Below, in pieces: positions 41,359-53,009 of a stretch of 64,000 nt of DNA (positions are counted from its first letter, which is position 1; each line of letters starts with the position of its first letter). The position numbers and the translations under genes are program-made. The stretch lies in assembly GCA_918797485.1 (NCBI GenBank), contig CAKKNE010000002.1:620001-684000 (forward strand), written 5' to 3'. Origin of the DNA: Pelagomonas calceolata (Eukaryota). The notes beneath the pieces were generated by a model. That model searched no databases and was not told where the DNA came from. It saw nothing but the letters and a program-made list of their open reading frames with translations.

Positions 41359-42469
41359 TTATGATGCCAGTTCAGAGAGTACGCCCTCGGCGTCCCGCGC
41401 AGCGAGGAGCCGCTGGTACTCCGGGCCTTGCGCCCGCAGCGTGTCGGCGTCCATCGCTCGGAGCTCCGCCGTAATGTCATCCCTTTTACCGAGAGTCTCC
41501 TCGACGGCGGGCGCGGCGTAGGCAATCGAATCCGCGACCGGAACGAGGGGATCCTCGTCGATCTCGAGCGTATACCCGCCTCTGAAAACCCCCTCAAAGA
41601 TCCCGTCGATGCCAGTCGGAGAGGCTACGAGCACGTGGCCGAACTCGTTCGATTTCAGCCGCGCCCGGAACGCTCCCGAGAACGCGAAGGAGATCGCGAG
41701 GTCCTCGTCGATCTCGCGCATCGACAGCACGCCGTCGGTTGTGTGGTACTCGCCTGTGTGGAAATCAACCAGTGAGTCGGGTGAATTTGATTTCCACACA
41801 CGTACGCGCCCTCCTCGACATTGTATTTCACAGTCACCCGCCCCGGGATCCGCGACCACTCGTCCTTCACAGCCTCCACGTCATTGCCCGCGGGGGCGTC
41901 GGCGACCACCGGTGGCATCGACGCTTCGACGAGCGGCTCCACGACGCCGTCGTCGCAGCCGGCGTCATTCTCCGTGGCCGCCATCGCCGCCATCCGCGCC
42001 GCCAGCGCCGTGTCAAAGTCCTCGTCGTCGTCCTCCGCGGGCGCGTCTGATGCGCCCATGTCGCGCATGCGCCGGGCCACCGCGTCGTTCACGTGCGGCT
42101 GGAACGTCGCGTCCGGATCCTTCTCGACCTCCAGGAGGTACTCGCCTGTGTGGAAATCAAAATTTCACGACGCACTGGTTGATTTCCACACCGTTACTTG
42201 CCGTCGCTCAGGTTCTCGAACACGCCTTCGATACCCGGCGGCGTCGCCTCGATGACGGTACCGCCGTTCGCCGCGCGCAGTCGCGCTCGGAACGCACCAG
42301 GGTACGCGAAGCTCACGCCGAGCGCCGCCTCATTTTCAAGCCGGGCCATCTCTAGCTTGCCGTCGCGCGTCGTGTGCTCTGTCTTGGAGAGCTGGTATGT
42401 TATAGTCACCCAGCCCGGGGCTTCTGGGCAGGTGCCATCGATGCCGACGACCACTGCCTCCACAACCAT
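41359..42469 (-). CDS. Hypothetical protein (332 aa) with an internally duplicated ~90-aa domain; exons 42469-42202, 42145-41810, 41753-41359
   Basis: Three track ORFs join in frame (999 nt) after removing two 56-nt introners; repeats PGxVTxxY...TxDGxLxM...SFAxxGAFRARL...GIxGxFE...YxLExxxDP. Confidence 0.88.
41754..41809 (-). mobile_element. Minimal introner intron (56 nt, GC-AG; 48-bp element, reverse orientation)
   Basis: TSD gcgcgtac/gcgagtac; gtgtgtggaaatcaa...ctggttgatttccacacag. Confidence 0.92.
42146..42201 (-). mobile_element. Minimal introner intron (56 nt, GC-AG; 48-bp element)
   Basis: TSD gcaagtaa/gcgagtac; cggtgtggaaatcaaccagtg...ttttgatttccacacag. Confidence 0.92.
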
Positions 42470-42653
42470 ACTGTGCCTTCCTTTTTTGTTGTGTGGGGCA
42501 GCTCTGGGCAGCTCTACAGCCGCTGGAATTTGCAGCGCCTCCGTGGCTGCCCGGGAGACCCTATTTGATTTGAATTGAAGGGCGTCAAAACAACTCGTCG
42601 ACGCACGGTGTATCCGCCTCGTGAAAGCAAATCTAAGAGAATACTACTGTATG

Positions 42654-44525
42654 CTATAAGTCCCCCATGACGTCCGCCGGCACGGACGACGCCGGGTCGA
42701 CGAGCGCCCGGATCTCGCGCAGCATCGCCTGCGCCTCCAATTTCTCGGGCCCCGGATAATCTAAGAGCCTCCCGAGGCACTGCTGGGCCTCGTCGTACCT
42801 CTCAGACTTTTTGTGCGCCGTCGCGAGGTATAGCAAGGCCTCGGCCGTCGCGTCGCCCAGGTCCGCTGCGTCCGTATCATTATGGAGCCGCGCGTAGTGC
42901 GCGTAGCAGGCGAAGGCCTCGTCGTGGGAGGCCCGTCCTCTATGTAATCGCGCGAGTTTGAGTAAAGCGTGGCCCTCCTGGTCGTCGTGCTGCGCCGCGC
43001 GTTCGTAACCCTTGATCGCGTCGTCATCCCTATTAAGCTTCTCGTAGCACTGCGCGATGGCGATCCACATCCTAGCGTCCCTCGGTCTGAGTACGGCCGC
43101 CTTCCGATAGTAGTACAGGGCATAAAAGTACATATTGAGGATTTCGTACGTTTGACCTAAACCGTACCACGCGCGGTAATCTCTGCCATTTACATCCACT
43201 GCCCTTCTATAAGCCTCAATAGCCGCGGCCGTGTTCTTCATTTCGATATATTCGTGGCCCATGAGCGTCCACGCGGAGAGGCAAGTTCTGTCTAATCGCA
43301 ACGCCCGACGAAAGTACAAGACGGCTCTTTCATGCTGCGCCTTCAGGGAGTAGTAGTTCCCGACCACACAACACGTCTCCGGCCTATATTTTTCGCAGCG
43401 CGTCGCCGCGTGGGCCAACCTCGACAGTTCCGCGCGGGCCTCCTGAACATATAGCACGTTCGAGTACACATCCAGGTCGTCCAATCGAAAAGGATCCCTC
43501 TCCCGCAACGCCTCGAAGCAGTCTCGCGCCTGGTCGAAGTCCCGCCGCGCATAGTGGGCCAGGGCCTCCGCGGCCAGCACCCACGCCGACTGCGAGCAGC
43601 CGTGGCACCGCCTCAACGTCGCTAAAGCAGCCTCGCAGCGCTGCCGTTCAATATCATTGTGCGCGCGCGCGCAGGCCCGCACCAGATCTTCCGACGCGCC
43701 GGCCGGCCCGTCATCATGCGAGAGCGCGCCGCCATCATCAATGGCCGCCTGGCGCGCGGCCTGGTCCTCGTCCATTGGAAGCGACGCCGTCGGCGCGTCC
43801 TTGGCGTCGACCGCAGCTAAATCGAGCCAGGCGGACCAGTTCCAGGGGAAGGTCTCGGTCGCCTCGGCGAGCGCGGCCCGCGCGTCGCGCGCGTCGTCCT
43901 CCTCTTCCACTTTCTCGGCGCCGTCGTCATCTAACCCGGGCCCGAGCGGCGTCGGCAGCGGCGCGCGGCCGCGCGCGAGCTCCTTGAGCACGACGCCCAG
44001 CGCGTAGGCTCCTAAGCCTTGTAATTGACCGCGCCGCCGCCGCGCCACCAAGACATCCCGCAACCCGGCGGCGTAGGGGTTCCCTACCCTACTCTTCGCC
44101 GACGCGTCGCGCGTCTCGGCGACCGTCTCCTCCTTGCGCTTCTCGCCGGCCAGATAAAGGGCGTAGGCCCAGAGGAAGACGTCGCGCGGCGCGGCATCTT
44201 CATGAGGCGCCGCCGCGGGCAGCGGCGCGCCCCGGTCCGAGGCCTCCGTGAGCGCGACGGCCGCGCGCGCGTATTCCCCCAGATCGAAGAACGTGCCGGC
44301 GAGCAGGAACGCGTCCGACGGCTCGCCTCTCTCTAGTAATGCGAGCGTCTGCTGCGCGCGGCTCGGCGCAGGCGGCGGTTGTGATGTGATGGGGCCGCTG
44401 CCGTCGCCGTTCAGCCCAATCAACTGCTCGGCGCAGAACTTGGCGCTCTGCCGCAGGCCGTGCTGCCTGAGGATCGGGATGGCCCGCCGCAGCTCGCGGC
44501 GCGCTTGGTGCGCGTCGAAGGGCAT
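42654..44525 (-). CDS. CDC23: Anaphase-promoting complex subunit 8 (CDC23)
   Basis: GLRQSAKFCAEQL, FFDLGEYARAA, YALYLAGEKRKEE, PWNWSAW, YRPETCCVVGNYYSL, AWTLMGHEYIEMKN, DYRAWYGLGQTYE. Confidence 0.96.
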   Translation of the reverse strand: MPFDAHQARRELRRAIPILRQHGLRQSAKFCAEQLIGLNGDGSGPITSQPPPAPSRAQQTLALLERGEPSDAFLLAGTFFDLGEYARAAVALTEASDRGAPLPAAAPHEDAAPRDVFLWAYALYLAGEKRKEETVAETRDASAKSRVGNPYAAGLRDVLVARRRRGQLQGLGAYALGVVLKELARGRAPLPTPLGPGLDDDGAEKVEEEDDARDARAALAEATETFPWNWSAWLDLAAVDAKDAPTASLPMDEDQAARQAAIDDGGALSHDDGPAGASEDLVRACARAHNDIERQRCEAALATLRRCHGCSQSAWVLAAEALAHYARRDFDQARDCFEALRERDPFRLDDLDVYSNVLYVQEARAELSRLAHAATRCEKYRPETCCVVGNYYSLKAQHERAVLYFRRALRLDRTCLSAWTLMGHEYIEMKNTAAAIEAYRRAVDVNGRDYRAWYGLGQTYEILNMYFYALYYYRKAAVLRPRDARMWIAIAQCYEKLNRDDDAIKGYERAAQHDDQEGHALLKLARLHRGRASHDEAFACYAHYARLHNDTDAADLGDATAEALLYLATAHKKSERYDEAQQCLGRLLDYPGPEKLEAQAMLREIRALVDPASSVPADVMGDL

Positions 44526-44784
44526 AGCTTGTCTTCAGCGGATCTGGCACGGAAGGCTGCGGCTTTTCTAGTACGCGACAGCTGCGCTGCTTACGTGTTT
44601 ACGCGACGCGGACGAGCTCCGGCGAGGCGGCAGCAAATGGCAAGCTTGGTTCAGCTGGATTGGAGAGCGCTGGGCGCTTCGGTTTGCAACTGTATCGCAC
44701 GGCAAGGGTTTCTGATGGTCGTGTGCAGCGCGCAAGATGCAAGAATACCCCTTCGCGGGCGCCAAGGCCAAAAGCTGGGGCGAT

Positions 44785-44807
44785 CTAGTATGTTACTCGC
44801 ACGCTAG
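44785..44807 (+). promoter_or_regulatory. CTAG-box upstream motif, copy 10 (degenerate)
   Basis: ctagtatgttactcgcacgctag between divergent CDC23 and SF3B1. Confidence 0.45.
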
Positions 44808-44992
44808 CCCGAAAAAGCCTCGCCGCCCGCAAAGCGTGCGCTGAGTTGTTTGCGTAGGGCAGCGTGTCTTCGTTGTGCTTGTGAGAAGCCCTGGTTGGCG
44901 TTGGTGAAGCGGGGCCGGCCGCGGTAACCCCCACATTAAGTGCTGCCGCCAGCGAGGCGCCCGTCCTCCGGCGCGCGCGCGCGGCGCGCACC

Positions 44993-47900
44993 ATGCCCTC
45001 GCAAGAGGACGAGATTAGGGCACTGCAAAAAGCAAGAAGCGAGTCCAAGGGCACGGCGCTCGGCGCCGCCGCGTCGGGCGAGTTCGACAGAGACTTGTAC
45101 GGCGGCGCGAAGGGTTTGAGTAGAGAAATTGTGGATGAGCCCACGCAAGACGACGATGGCGGGGGCGGCCTGCACCCGTCGACGCAGCGGGACCTGAGGG
45201 GCCCGGCGGACGAGGACGACGGTGAGGACCCGTTCAAGGCCCACAGGGACCGGAACCCGGCCAACATCCCGATCGCCGAGCGCGAGTCGGCCTACCAGGC
45301 CAAAGGACGAGCTACGAGGGAATTGAGCCCGGAGCGCCAGGACCCGTTCGCCGACGCGACGCCAGCTCGAGGGTTCCGGGAGGCCATGGGTAGTAATGTT
45401 GTGGATCGGGAGCGCGACGATTTATTGAAGAAGATCGCGGAGAATGAGGATGACAAGGGCGGCAAGAAGCGGCGGTTCGACGACGCGGGCGACAAGCCTG
45501 CCAAGGAGGGGAAATTCGACGGCACGCCTGGGCGGTTTGATGCTACGCCCGGGCGGTTTGATGCTACTCCGGGGCGCTTCGACGCGACGCCTGGGCGGTT
45601 TGATGCGACTCCTGGTAGATTTGATGCGACTCCGGGGCGGTTTGATGCGACTCCGGGTCGCTTCGACGCTACTCCGGGCCGCTTCGATGCTACTCCGGGT
45701 CGGTTTGATGCGACGCCTGGGCGGTTTGATGCGACTCCCGGGCGGTTTGATGCTACTCCGGGACGCTTTGACGCGACGCCCGGACGTTTCAACGCCACCC
45801 CAGGACGCTTCGACGCCACACCGGGACGCTTCCAGGCGACGCCGGGCCGCTTCGACGCCACGCCCGGCCGCTTCGAGGCCACGCCGGGCCGCTTCGACGC
45901 GACGCCCGGCCGCTTCGAGTCCACACCCGGTAGGTTTGAAGCCACTCCAGGCCGCTTCGAGGCGACGCCGTCGCGCTTCGACGCGACGCCCGGCCGCGGC
46001 GTCGCCGCCGCGAGCCGCTGGGAGGCGACGCCGGCGCGCGACGCCGTGCCCCAGGCGCAACAGAAGCAGCGCTGGGACGCGACGCCGCTCCAACCCGCTG
46101 CGCCCGCGACAAAACGCTCAAGGTGGGACGAGACACCTGTGGCGGGAGATTCTGCCCAGACTCCTGTTGGATTGGGTGGCGCGACGCCTGCTGGACTTGT
46201 AGGAGCAGAAACACCCACACCAACAGCGTTCGCGGCCCAGTCTGCCGCAGCTCTAGCCATGGACCGCGGCCCCGTCACCCCCGAAATGGCCCAGCGCATG
46301 CGCTGGGAGCGCGAGATGAACGAGCGGAATCGCTATTTGACGGACGAGGAGCTGGATTCGCTCTTTCCCTCTACCGGTTATCGGATATTGGAACCGCCCG
46401 CGGGCTACGCGCCCATCGCCACGCCGTCTCGCAAACTCACCGCCACTCCAACACCTCTAGGCCAGTCCGCGTTAGGCGTGGGCGGCTTCAAGATCCAGGA
46501 AACGCCCTCCAGGGACCAGTACGGCATCCCCGGGTTGAATGTAAGCGCGGCCGCGAACGCCGAGTTACCTGATATAAAACCCGAGGACTACCAGTACTTT
46601 GCGAAGTTGATGGAGGACGTGGATGAGGATGGGTTGACGCGAGATGAGGCCGTGGATCTGAAGATCATGCGGTTGCTACTCAAGATCAAGAACGGCACGC
46701 CGCCGCAGCGAAAGACGGCTCTCAGGCAAATCACGGAGAAGGCCCGGGAGTTCGGCGCCGGCCCCCTGTTCAACCAGATCTTACCTTTATTAATGAGCCC
46801 AACATTGGAAGATCAGGAGCGACATTTGCTCGTGAAAGTCATCGATCGTATCCTATACAAGCTAGATGATTTGGTGAGGCCCTTCGTGCACAAGATTCTG
46901 GTTGTTATCGAACCGTTGTTGATTGATGAAGATTATTATGCGCGAGTGGAAGGTAGAGAGATCATCTCCAACTTAGCGAAAGCTGCGGGCCTGGCCACGA
47001 TGATTGCGACGATGCGACCGGACATTGATAACTTGGACGAATACGTCCGCAACACTACAGCAAGAGCTTTTGCCGTTGTGGCCTCTGCCTTGGGCATTCC
47101 CGCTCTCCTACCTTTCCTGAAGGCGGTCTGTCAATCGCGGAAGTCGTGGCAGGCGCGACACACCGGAATAAAAATAGTGCAGCAGATCGCTATCTTAGTT
47201 GGTTGTGCCGTATTGCCTCACTTGCGACAAATGGTGGAAATCATAGAACATGGACTAGTGGATGACCAGCAAAAGGTCCGAACTATATCCTCGTTAGCGT
47301 TGGCCGCATTAGCCGAAGCGGCCCACCCCTACGGCATCGAGTCCTTTGATAGTGTCCTGAAACCGCTCTGGAAGGGCATAAGACATCACAGAGGCAAAGG
47401 ACTAGCTGCTTTTCTCAAGGCAATTGGTTTTATCATACCGCTCATGGACTCGAACTATGCGAACTACTACACGCGGGAGGTCATGGTCATCGTCATACGA
47501 GAGTTCCAGTCGCCGGACGAAGAAATGAAGAAGATCGTCCTGAAGGTCGTGAAGCAGTGCGTGGCCACGGACGGCGTCGAGCCGCAGTACGTCCGCAATG
47601 AAATTCTGCCGGAGTTCTTTAGGAATTTCTGGGTGCGGCGCATGGCTCTCGACCGAAGGAACTACAAACAGGTCGTGGAGACGACGGTGGAGTTGGCCGG
47701 CAAGGTCGGATGTGCCGAGGTCGTCGCGCGCGTCAGTGATGATTTGAAAGACGAATCGGAGCCCTATCGGAGGATGGTCATGGAGACGGTGGAGCACGTC
47801 ATTCAAGACCTCGGGGCGGCGGACATCGATGAACGACTCGAGGAACAATTGATTGATGGGATCCTCTACGCTTTCCAGGAGCAGGCCTCGGACGACACGG

Positions 47901-49270
47901 AGGCGATGCTCTCGGGCTTTGGCGTCGTTGTAAATGCGTTGGGGTTGCGGACAAAGCCCTACTTGCCGCAGATCTGCGGCACGATCAAGTGGCGGTTAAA
48001 TAACAAGTCCGCTTCGGTGCGCATGCAAGCGGCTGACTTAATTGCGAGGATAGCCGTCGTGATGCGGGCCTGCGGCGAGGACCAGTTGATGGGCCATCTA
48101 GGTGTTGTGCTATATGAGTACTTGGGCGAGGAGTACCCTGAAGTTTTAGGATCAATATTGGGTGCCCTGAAGGCTATAGTCAATGTGATCGGCATGAGCA
48201 AGATGACGCCGCCCATCAAGGATTTGCTGCCTAGACTCACGCCCATCCTGAAGAACCGCCACGAGAAGGTGCAGGAGAACTGTATAGCGTCCGGTGTCTT
48301 TCTAGTTACGTTACCGGTCCGAGACGACGCCAAAAATCTGTGGATTGATAGCGGAGACGCTATGATTCTGACTATTTGAACCTTTCTCACCGAGACCGTC
48401 TTTTTTACAGAGAGATTAGCACTCACGACGTCGACGCGTCTCACCTTCTATCGCGCAGGCATCGATTTGGTGGGACGCATCGCTGATAGGGGCGCGGAGT
48501 TCGTGGCTGCCCGCGAGTGGATGCGCATCTGTTTCGAGTTGCTGGAGATGTTGAAAGCGCACAAAAAAGCCATTAGGCGAGCGGCCGTGAACACGTTCGG
48601 GTATATTGCTAAGGCTATCGGTCCCCAAGATGTCTTACATACCCTGCTCAACAACCTCAAGGTCCAGGAGCGCCAGAACCGCGTGTGTACGACCGTGGCG
48701 ATTGGTATTGTGGCCGAGACGTGCGCGCCGTTTACCGTCTTGCCGGCTTTATTGAATGAGTACAGGGTACCAGAACTAAATGTCCAGAACGGCGTGTTGA
48801 AAGCTCTTAGTTTTATGTTCGAGTACATCGGGGAGATGGGCAAGGATTATGTCTATGCAGTAACACCCTTGCTTGAAGACGCGCTCATGGACCGCGACTT
48901 GGTGCACCGCCAGACGGCGTGTGCCGCGGTCAAACATCTGACGCTGGGCGTCGCCGGTCTGGGCTGCGAGGACGCCCTCCAGCACCTCATGAACTACGTC
49001 TGGCCGAACATCTTCGAGACCTCTCCTCATGTGATAGCGAACGTCTTCGAGGCCATCGAGGCCTTCGCGGTGGCCTTGGGGCCGGGCTACGTGCTGAATT
49101 ATGTATTGCAGGGGCTCTATCATCCCGCGCGACGCGTGAGGGAGGTCTACTGGAAGATATACAACACGCTCTACATCTACGGCGCGGACGCGCTGACGCA
49201 GTACTACCCCGCTTTGGAGAGCGACGAGACGAACAGCTACCAGCGGACCTACATGGAGGTATTCATCTAG
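44993..49270 (+). CDS. SF3B1: Splicing factor 3B subunit 1 (1366 aa); exons 44993-48281, 48459-49270
   Basis: [36 protein letters not shown] repeats; splicing restores [17 protein letters not shown]. Confidence 0.98.
45515..45997 (+). repeat. Coding tandem repeat, 23 x 21 nt, encoding F[DENQ][AGS]TP[GS]R
   Basis: 483 nt = 23 units; the peptide is almost invariant while third codon positions vary between units. Confidence 0.95.
48282..48458 (+). other. GT-AG intron in SF3B1 (177 nt), possibly an old introner
   Basis: t|GTATAG...tcgcgcAG|gcatcg. The 5' end echoes the downstream codons (tgt ata g / tgc atc g) and it contains cgacgtcgacgcg, but no clear TIR. Confidence 0.85.
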
Positions 49271-49381
49271 AATCTACTAAGAAAACATTTTCAGCACGGT
49301 TTTACTATATACAATCTTATGAGCACACGTCGTCTACATACAATATGCACAGCGTGCCAGTCAAACGCGTTGTCGGCGTCC

Positions 49382-51850
49382 TCACCGCGCCGCCGCCGAC
49401 GCGTCGTCGTCGTCGTCTTCGTTATCAGTCTCCACCGCGCGCACCCACGCCGAGAGAGGCGCCCAGGCCAACAACAGTCGCTTGTACTTCCTCTCCGAAG
49501 ATTTGAGTTTCCTCAGTTTCTCGCTGACGCGCTCCTGGTACGTTACGAGGCCCGTGAGCGCACGTAGTCCGACCGTCGCCGCACAAAAGCATAACAATAA
49601 GAGTGGCATGCCCAAGTACGCGAGCCGTTTTAGAGCGGCTCGCTGGGAGGCCTTCGCGTCGGCGATGATAGTTGTCTGGATTTCGTCCATAAGACCCTGG
49701 AGCGAGTCCACGCGACAGCTCTGCAACTCGAACCACTCGTCGTGCGTCGGCGGCGGGTTGCTGGTGCCGTCGAGGAGCTCGGTCCGTAGCACGACCGCGT
49801 CGTGAACGCACGGCTTCGCCGCGTGGCGCGAAAAGGACGTGAGGAGCGGCTTGGGAGCGAAGGCCTGGAAGGACTGGAGCGCCGCCTCTTGGAGCACAGA
49901 GATCCGCACGAGCCGATCGCGCGTCTCCGCCGTGACGGGCGACTCCTTCCGGCGGTTCCCCGTTGTGGCGTGGGCGGCCAAGTCGGCCGAGACCAGGCCC
50001 CGCTCGACGGCGACGTACTCCTTGTATGACGCGAGCTTGACCGACGCGAAAAGCGAGGGAGCCAGGTTCTGCGCGCGGAGGCCCGACCGCATGAGCTCGA
50101 CGCACGCGTCACGGGCCACCGCCAGCAACTGCTCGTTCATACTCGTGTAGACGTCGAAGACGTCGCGGTGCGTCTGGCTCGTCGTGCGCCGTGAGGGCGC
50201 CGCGGCCCGGTCGTGCGACGAGTCCTCGCGCTCCCGCAGTAAAGCTCGGAGCTTCTGGCAACTCTTGCGGCGGCACCCGCCCGCCTCGGGCGCCAAGGAG
50301 CGAAGCCGGGCAGGGGGACTCCCCCGTGGCTCGTCTGACAAGACGTAAGCACTTCTACGCGCGGCGAGGTCCACCGCGGCGCCAAGGCGCGCCGCAGTCC
50401 GCTTCGGCGACAGGTCCGTGTCGATGCCCCGCGGCTTGGAGGTGTCGGCGTGTTTGAGCACAGCACCGACCTGCGTGACATAAAGCGTTATTATCGAGCA
50501 GCCACCGTCGTCGCATCGATGGCGCGGGACGTTGATTCGTGGCGCTGCCCCGTACCGCCAGGTCCATGGCGGCGTCGGTGCGCAAGAACTGGCGGCCGAG
50601 CTCCAATGCGCGGGCGCGGCCGTCGGAAGCCACATAGGTCGAAATCAGACCTCGCTCGCGTTGCGTCTCGTGCACGGCCCGCGCGACTCGTAGGACCACG
50701 CCCGTTTCGAGCGCGCGCCGCACGGCGGCCGATCTCCCCACGTGCTCGAGCATGAGCCAACCGACCTGTGCGCAAATAAATCAGTGAGGACGCGCCGCGA
50801 CAATTTGATTTATGCACTGCAACCGACTTCGACCACCGTCGCGGTCACGATGAGCCCGACGAGGCACGCCAGCAAGATAGGTATCCCCCGCGCGTTCCTA
50901 TTGGTCTCCGTCGACTCCGACCCCGTGGATTCCTCGAGTTCCGCGTCGAGCGCCGCATACAACTCGTCCTCCTCGGCCTCATCCAATGTATCAAAGGACG
51001 ACGCCACCGTCACGCCGTCGACGGACTCGCGCCGCGTGAGCTCCGACGGCGTCAGGCTGGAGACGCCCTTGGAGTCGCTCTCCTCGTACTCGGACGGCGT
51101 CGACTTGGACTCGGGCACGCCGGCGTCGAGGGCCTCGGCGATCCCCTTGTGCTCGAGGACGCCCGGGTCGCTCTCGAGCTCCCTTTTGGGCTCCGGCGGC
51201 GTCGCGGGCGGCGTCTGGTGGCGCTCGCTCTCGGGCGGCACGTTCGCCTTGGGCTTGGGCTTGGGCTTCGGCGGCGCGCTCCGGGGCCGCGGCGGCTTCT
51301 TCTTGGGTTTTTCTTGGGCCTTCTTCTGGCTGCGCTCGCGCGCGCGCCGCCACGTCGCCTCGGCCTCGCGCTTGCGCTCGGCGCGCCGCTCTTTGTCTGC
51401 CTCGGCGTCGCGGAGCGCCTGGCGGTTCCTCCGCGCCGCGGCCTTGCGGCGGCGGCGCCACTCCACGAGCGCCTCGTGAGCTAAATCAGCGAACGCCGCC
51501 GGCGCGCGGCACGCGGCCCGCGCGACCGCGACGACCGCCTCGACGACCGAGTACGCCACCACGAGCACGATGTCGAACAGAAAGAGGGCGGCGAAGAGCG
51601 CGGCGCAGACCTGGATGCGCCGGCCCGGCGACCACGCGCAGAAGCGCGTGCCTTCGAGGAGCGCGCCGGTCTCGCAGGCCATCTCGACCCGTAGCTTCGA
51701 GCCGCTCGACACAGCGAGCAGGAGCGCGCCGACCATGACGATCGCGGTGCGCAGCAAAGGCGGCAGCGGCGGCTCGTCCGCCTCGGCCGCCGGCTCGGGC
51801 GCGGGCGCCTTCATCACGGCCGGCGACCTGCTGCGCACCTTGCGCGGCAT
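49382..51850 (-). CDS. Membrane protein with a nitrate/nitrite-sensing (NIT) domain (773 aa); exons 51850-50828, 50765-50556, 50470-49382
   Basis: Spliced frame (2322 nt) has AVHETQRERGLISTYVAS..RQFLRTD and KEYVAVERG, the paired NIT motifs, between TM helices (ILLACLVGLIVTATVV; YLGMPLLLLCFCAATV). Confidence 0.8.
50471..50555 (-). mobile_element. Degenerate introner-derived intron (85 nt, GT-AG)
   Basis: gcg|GTACGGGG cagcgccacgaatcaa...gccatcgatgcgacg...tttatgtcacgcAG|gtcggt; restores frame (MDLA|VGAVLK). Confidence 0.7.
50766..50827 (-). mobile_element. Introner intron, second subfamily (62 nt; 54-bp element)
   Basis: Perfect TSD gtcggttg/gtcggttg; cagtgcataaatcaaattgtcgcggcgcgtc...tttgcgcacag. 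Confidence 0.93.
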
Positions 51851-52044
51851 TTTGCCCACAGCTCGCCGCGAATAAAAGTTGCAGTGTTTGTGGCTACTAG
51901 TTGTGTGGTCTTGGAGAGGCCTCGCGCAGCGTGATAACCCTTCGGATGATAGAGACTGGGACTGCACACGCCGGTGGCAGCTTACACGGGCTTCCAGGGT
52001 CGTAGATTAGCCCTGCGAACGCACGACGAGTCGGGCCCAAACAA

Positions 52045-52065
52045 CTAGTTGCAGTAAGACACTAG
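52045..52065 (-). promoter_or_regulatory. CTAG-box upstream motif, copy 11
   Basis: Reverse complement ctagtgtcttactgcaactag, 195 bp upstream of ATG 51850. Confidence 0.65.
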
Positions 52066-52139
52066 CGTCACTCCACGCCGTTTGTATATATATAATAAAC
52101 TAAGGCTACTTCTTCTGCTGCGCACATATAATACTAAAT

Positions 52140-52580
52140 TTACTTCTTCTGCGCCCGCTCGGGCACCTCGCCCGCGACGCGGACGACGCACGCTTTTCTA
52201 GGCGACACGGACGGAAAGTCCGACAAGGAGAACGGGTCGGGCATCTCCTCATCCCCCAAATATAGGCGCGACGCGCTCATGTCGATCTCGAACTCGTCCT
52301 CCACAAAAGCCTTGAGGACCTCGACCGTTTGACCCAATTTAAAGGTTTTTTCGCCCTCGGACCCGTCTGGTAATTCAAAAACCACGAGCACGGGCGCGTC
52401 GAGGCGTTTGATGATGTCGTCCTCTTCTGTATTCTCGGCGTTCCGCTCGCTCTTCGCGAGCGACGCCATGTCGATGCCTATGGACCTCGGCTTCGGCTCG
52501 GCTCCCGGGCTGATGAGCTTCGGAGAAATTGTGGCCAGGAGGTCGTCGCGGCTGTCGACGCGCTTGGCGTCGTTTGGCAT
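52140..52580 (-). CDS. Small ubiquitin-like-domain protein
   Basis: VVFELPDGS..FKLGQTVEVLKAFV...RLYLG..MPDPFSLSDFP (beta-grasp pattern). Confidence 0.75.
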   Translation of the reverse strand: MPNDAKRVDSRDDLLATISPKLISPGAEPKPRSIGIDMASLAKSERNAENTEEDDIIKRLDAPVLVVFELPDGSEGEKTFKLGQTVEVLKAFVEDEFEIDMSASRLYLGDEEMPDPFSLSDFPSVSPRKACVVRVAGEVPERAQKK

Positions 52581-53009
52581 GGTTGGTTGTGTGCTATGGC
52601 AGCCCCTGCTATCGTTGGCGCATTGCGGCTGCCTCGTCGTGGTCTGAGAGTTGCTGTACGGCACCAGGTGCTCTTTCTTCGCGAGATGTCGAGGGCAGCC
52701 TGATCACAGCCCCAAAGTTTCGCTCGTCCAAAAATCGAGATAGTGGTGGTAACACTCTAGCATCCCAGGCTCGACGCCAAAAAAGTGCTGATACACCGAC
52801 GCTAGAGGCGCTCGACGCGGTGCAACCACGCTACTGCGCTCTCTGTTGAACGGTTCAACGTGCGCATCAAATTGGTGCACTAACGCTGCGGCTACACTGC
52901 TCTCACCCTCACAGCTCTAAAAAACACAACCCCAGGGCGGGCGACATGCATGGCGGGAAGAAACTGGCGACGCCTCTGTACGCGGCGTAACCCGGGCCCG
53001 GTCGGCGTC

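Noticed and set aside
45515..45997. 21-bp tandem array as a CRISPR array or satellite
   Set aside because: No spacers; in frame within SF3B1 with variation at synonymous positions; no cas genes.
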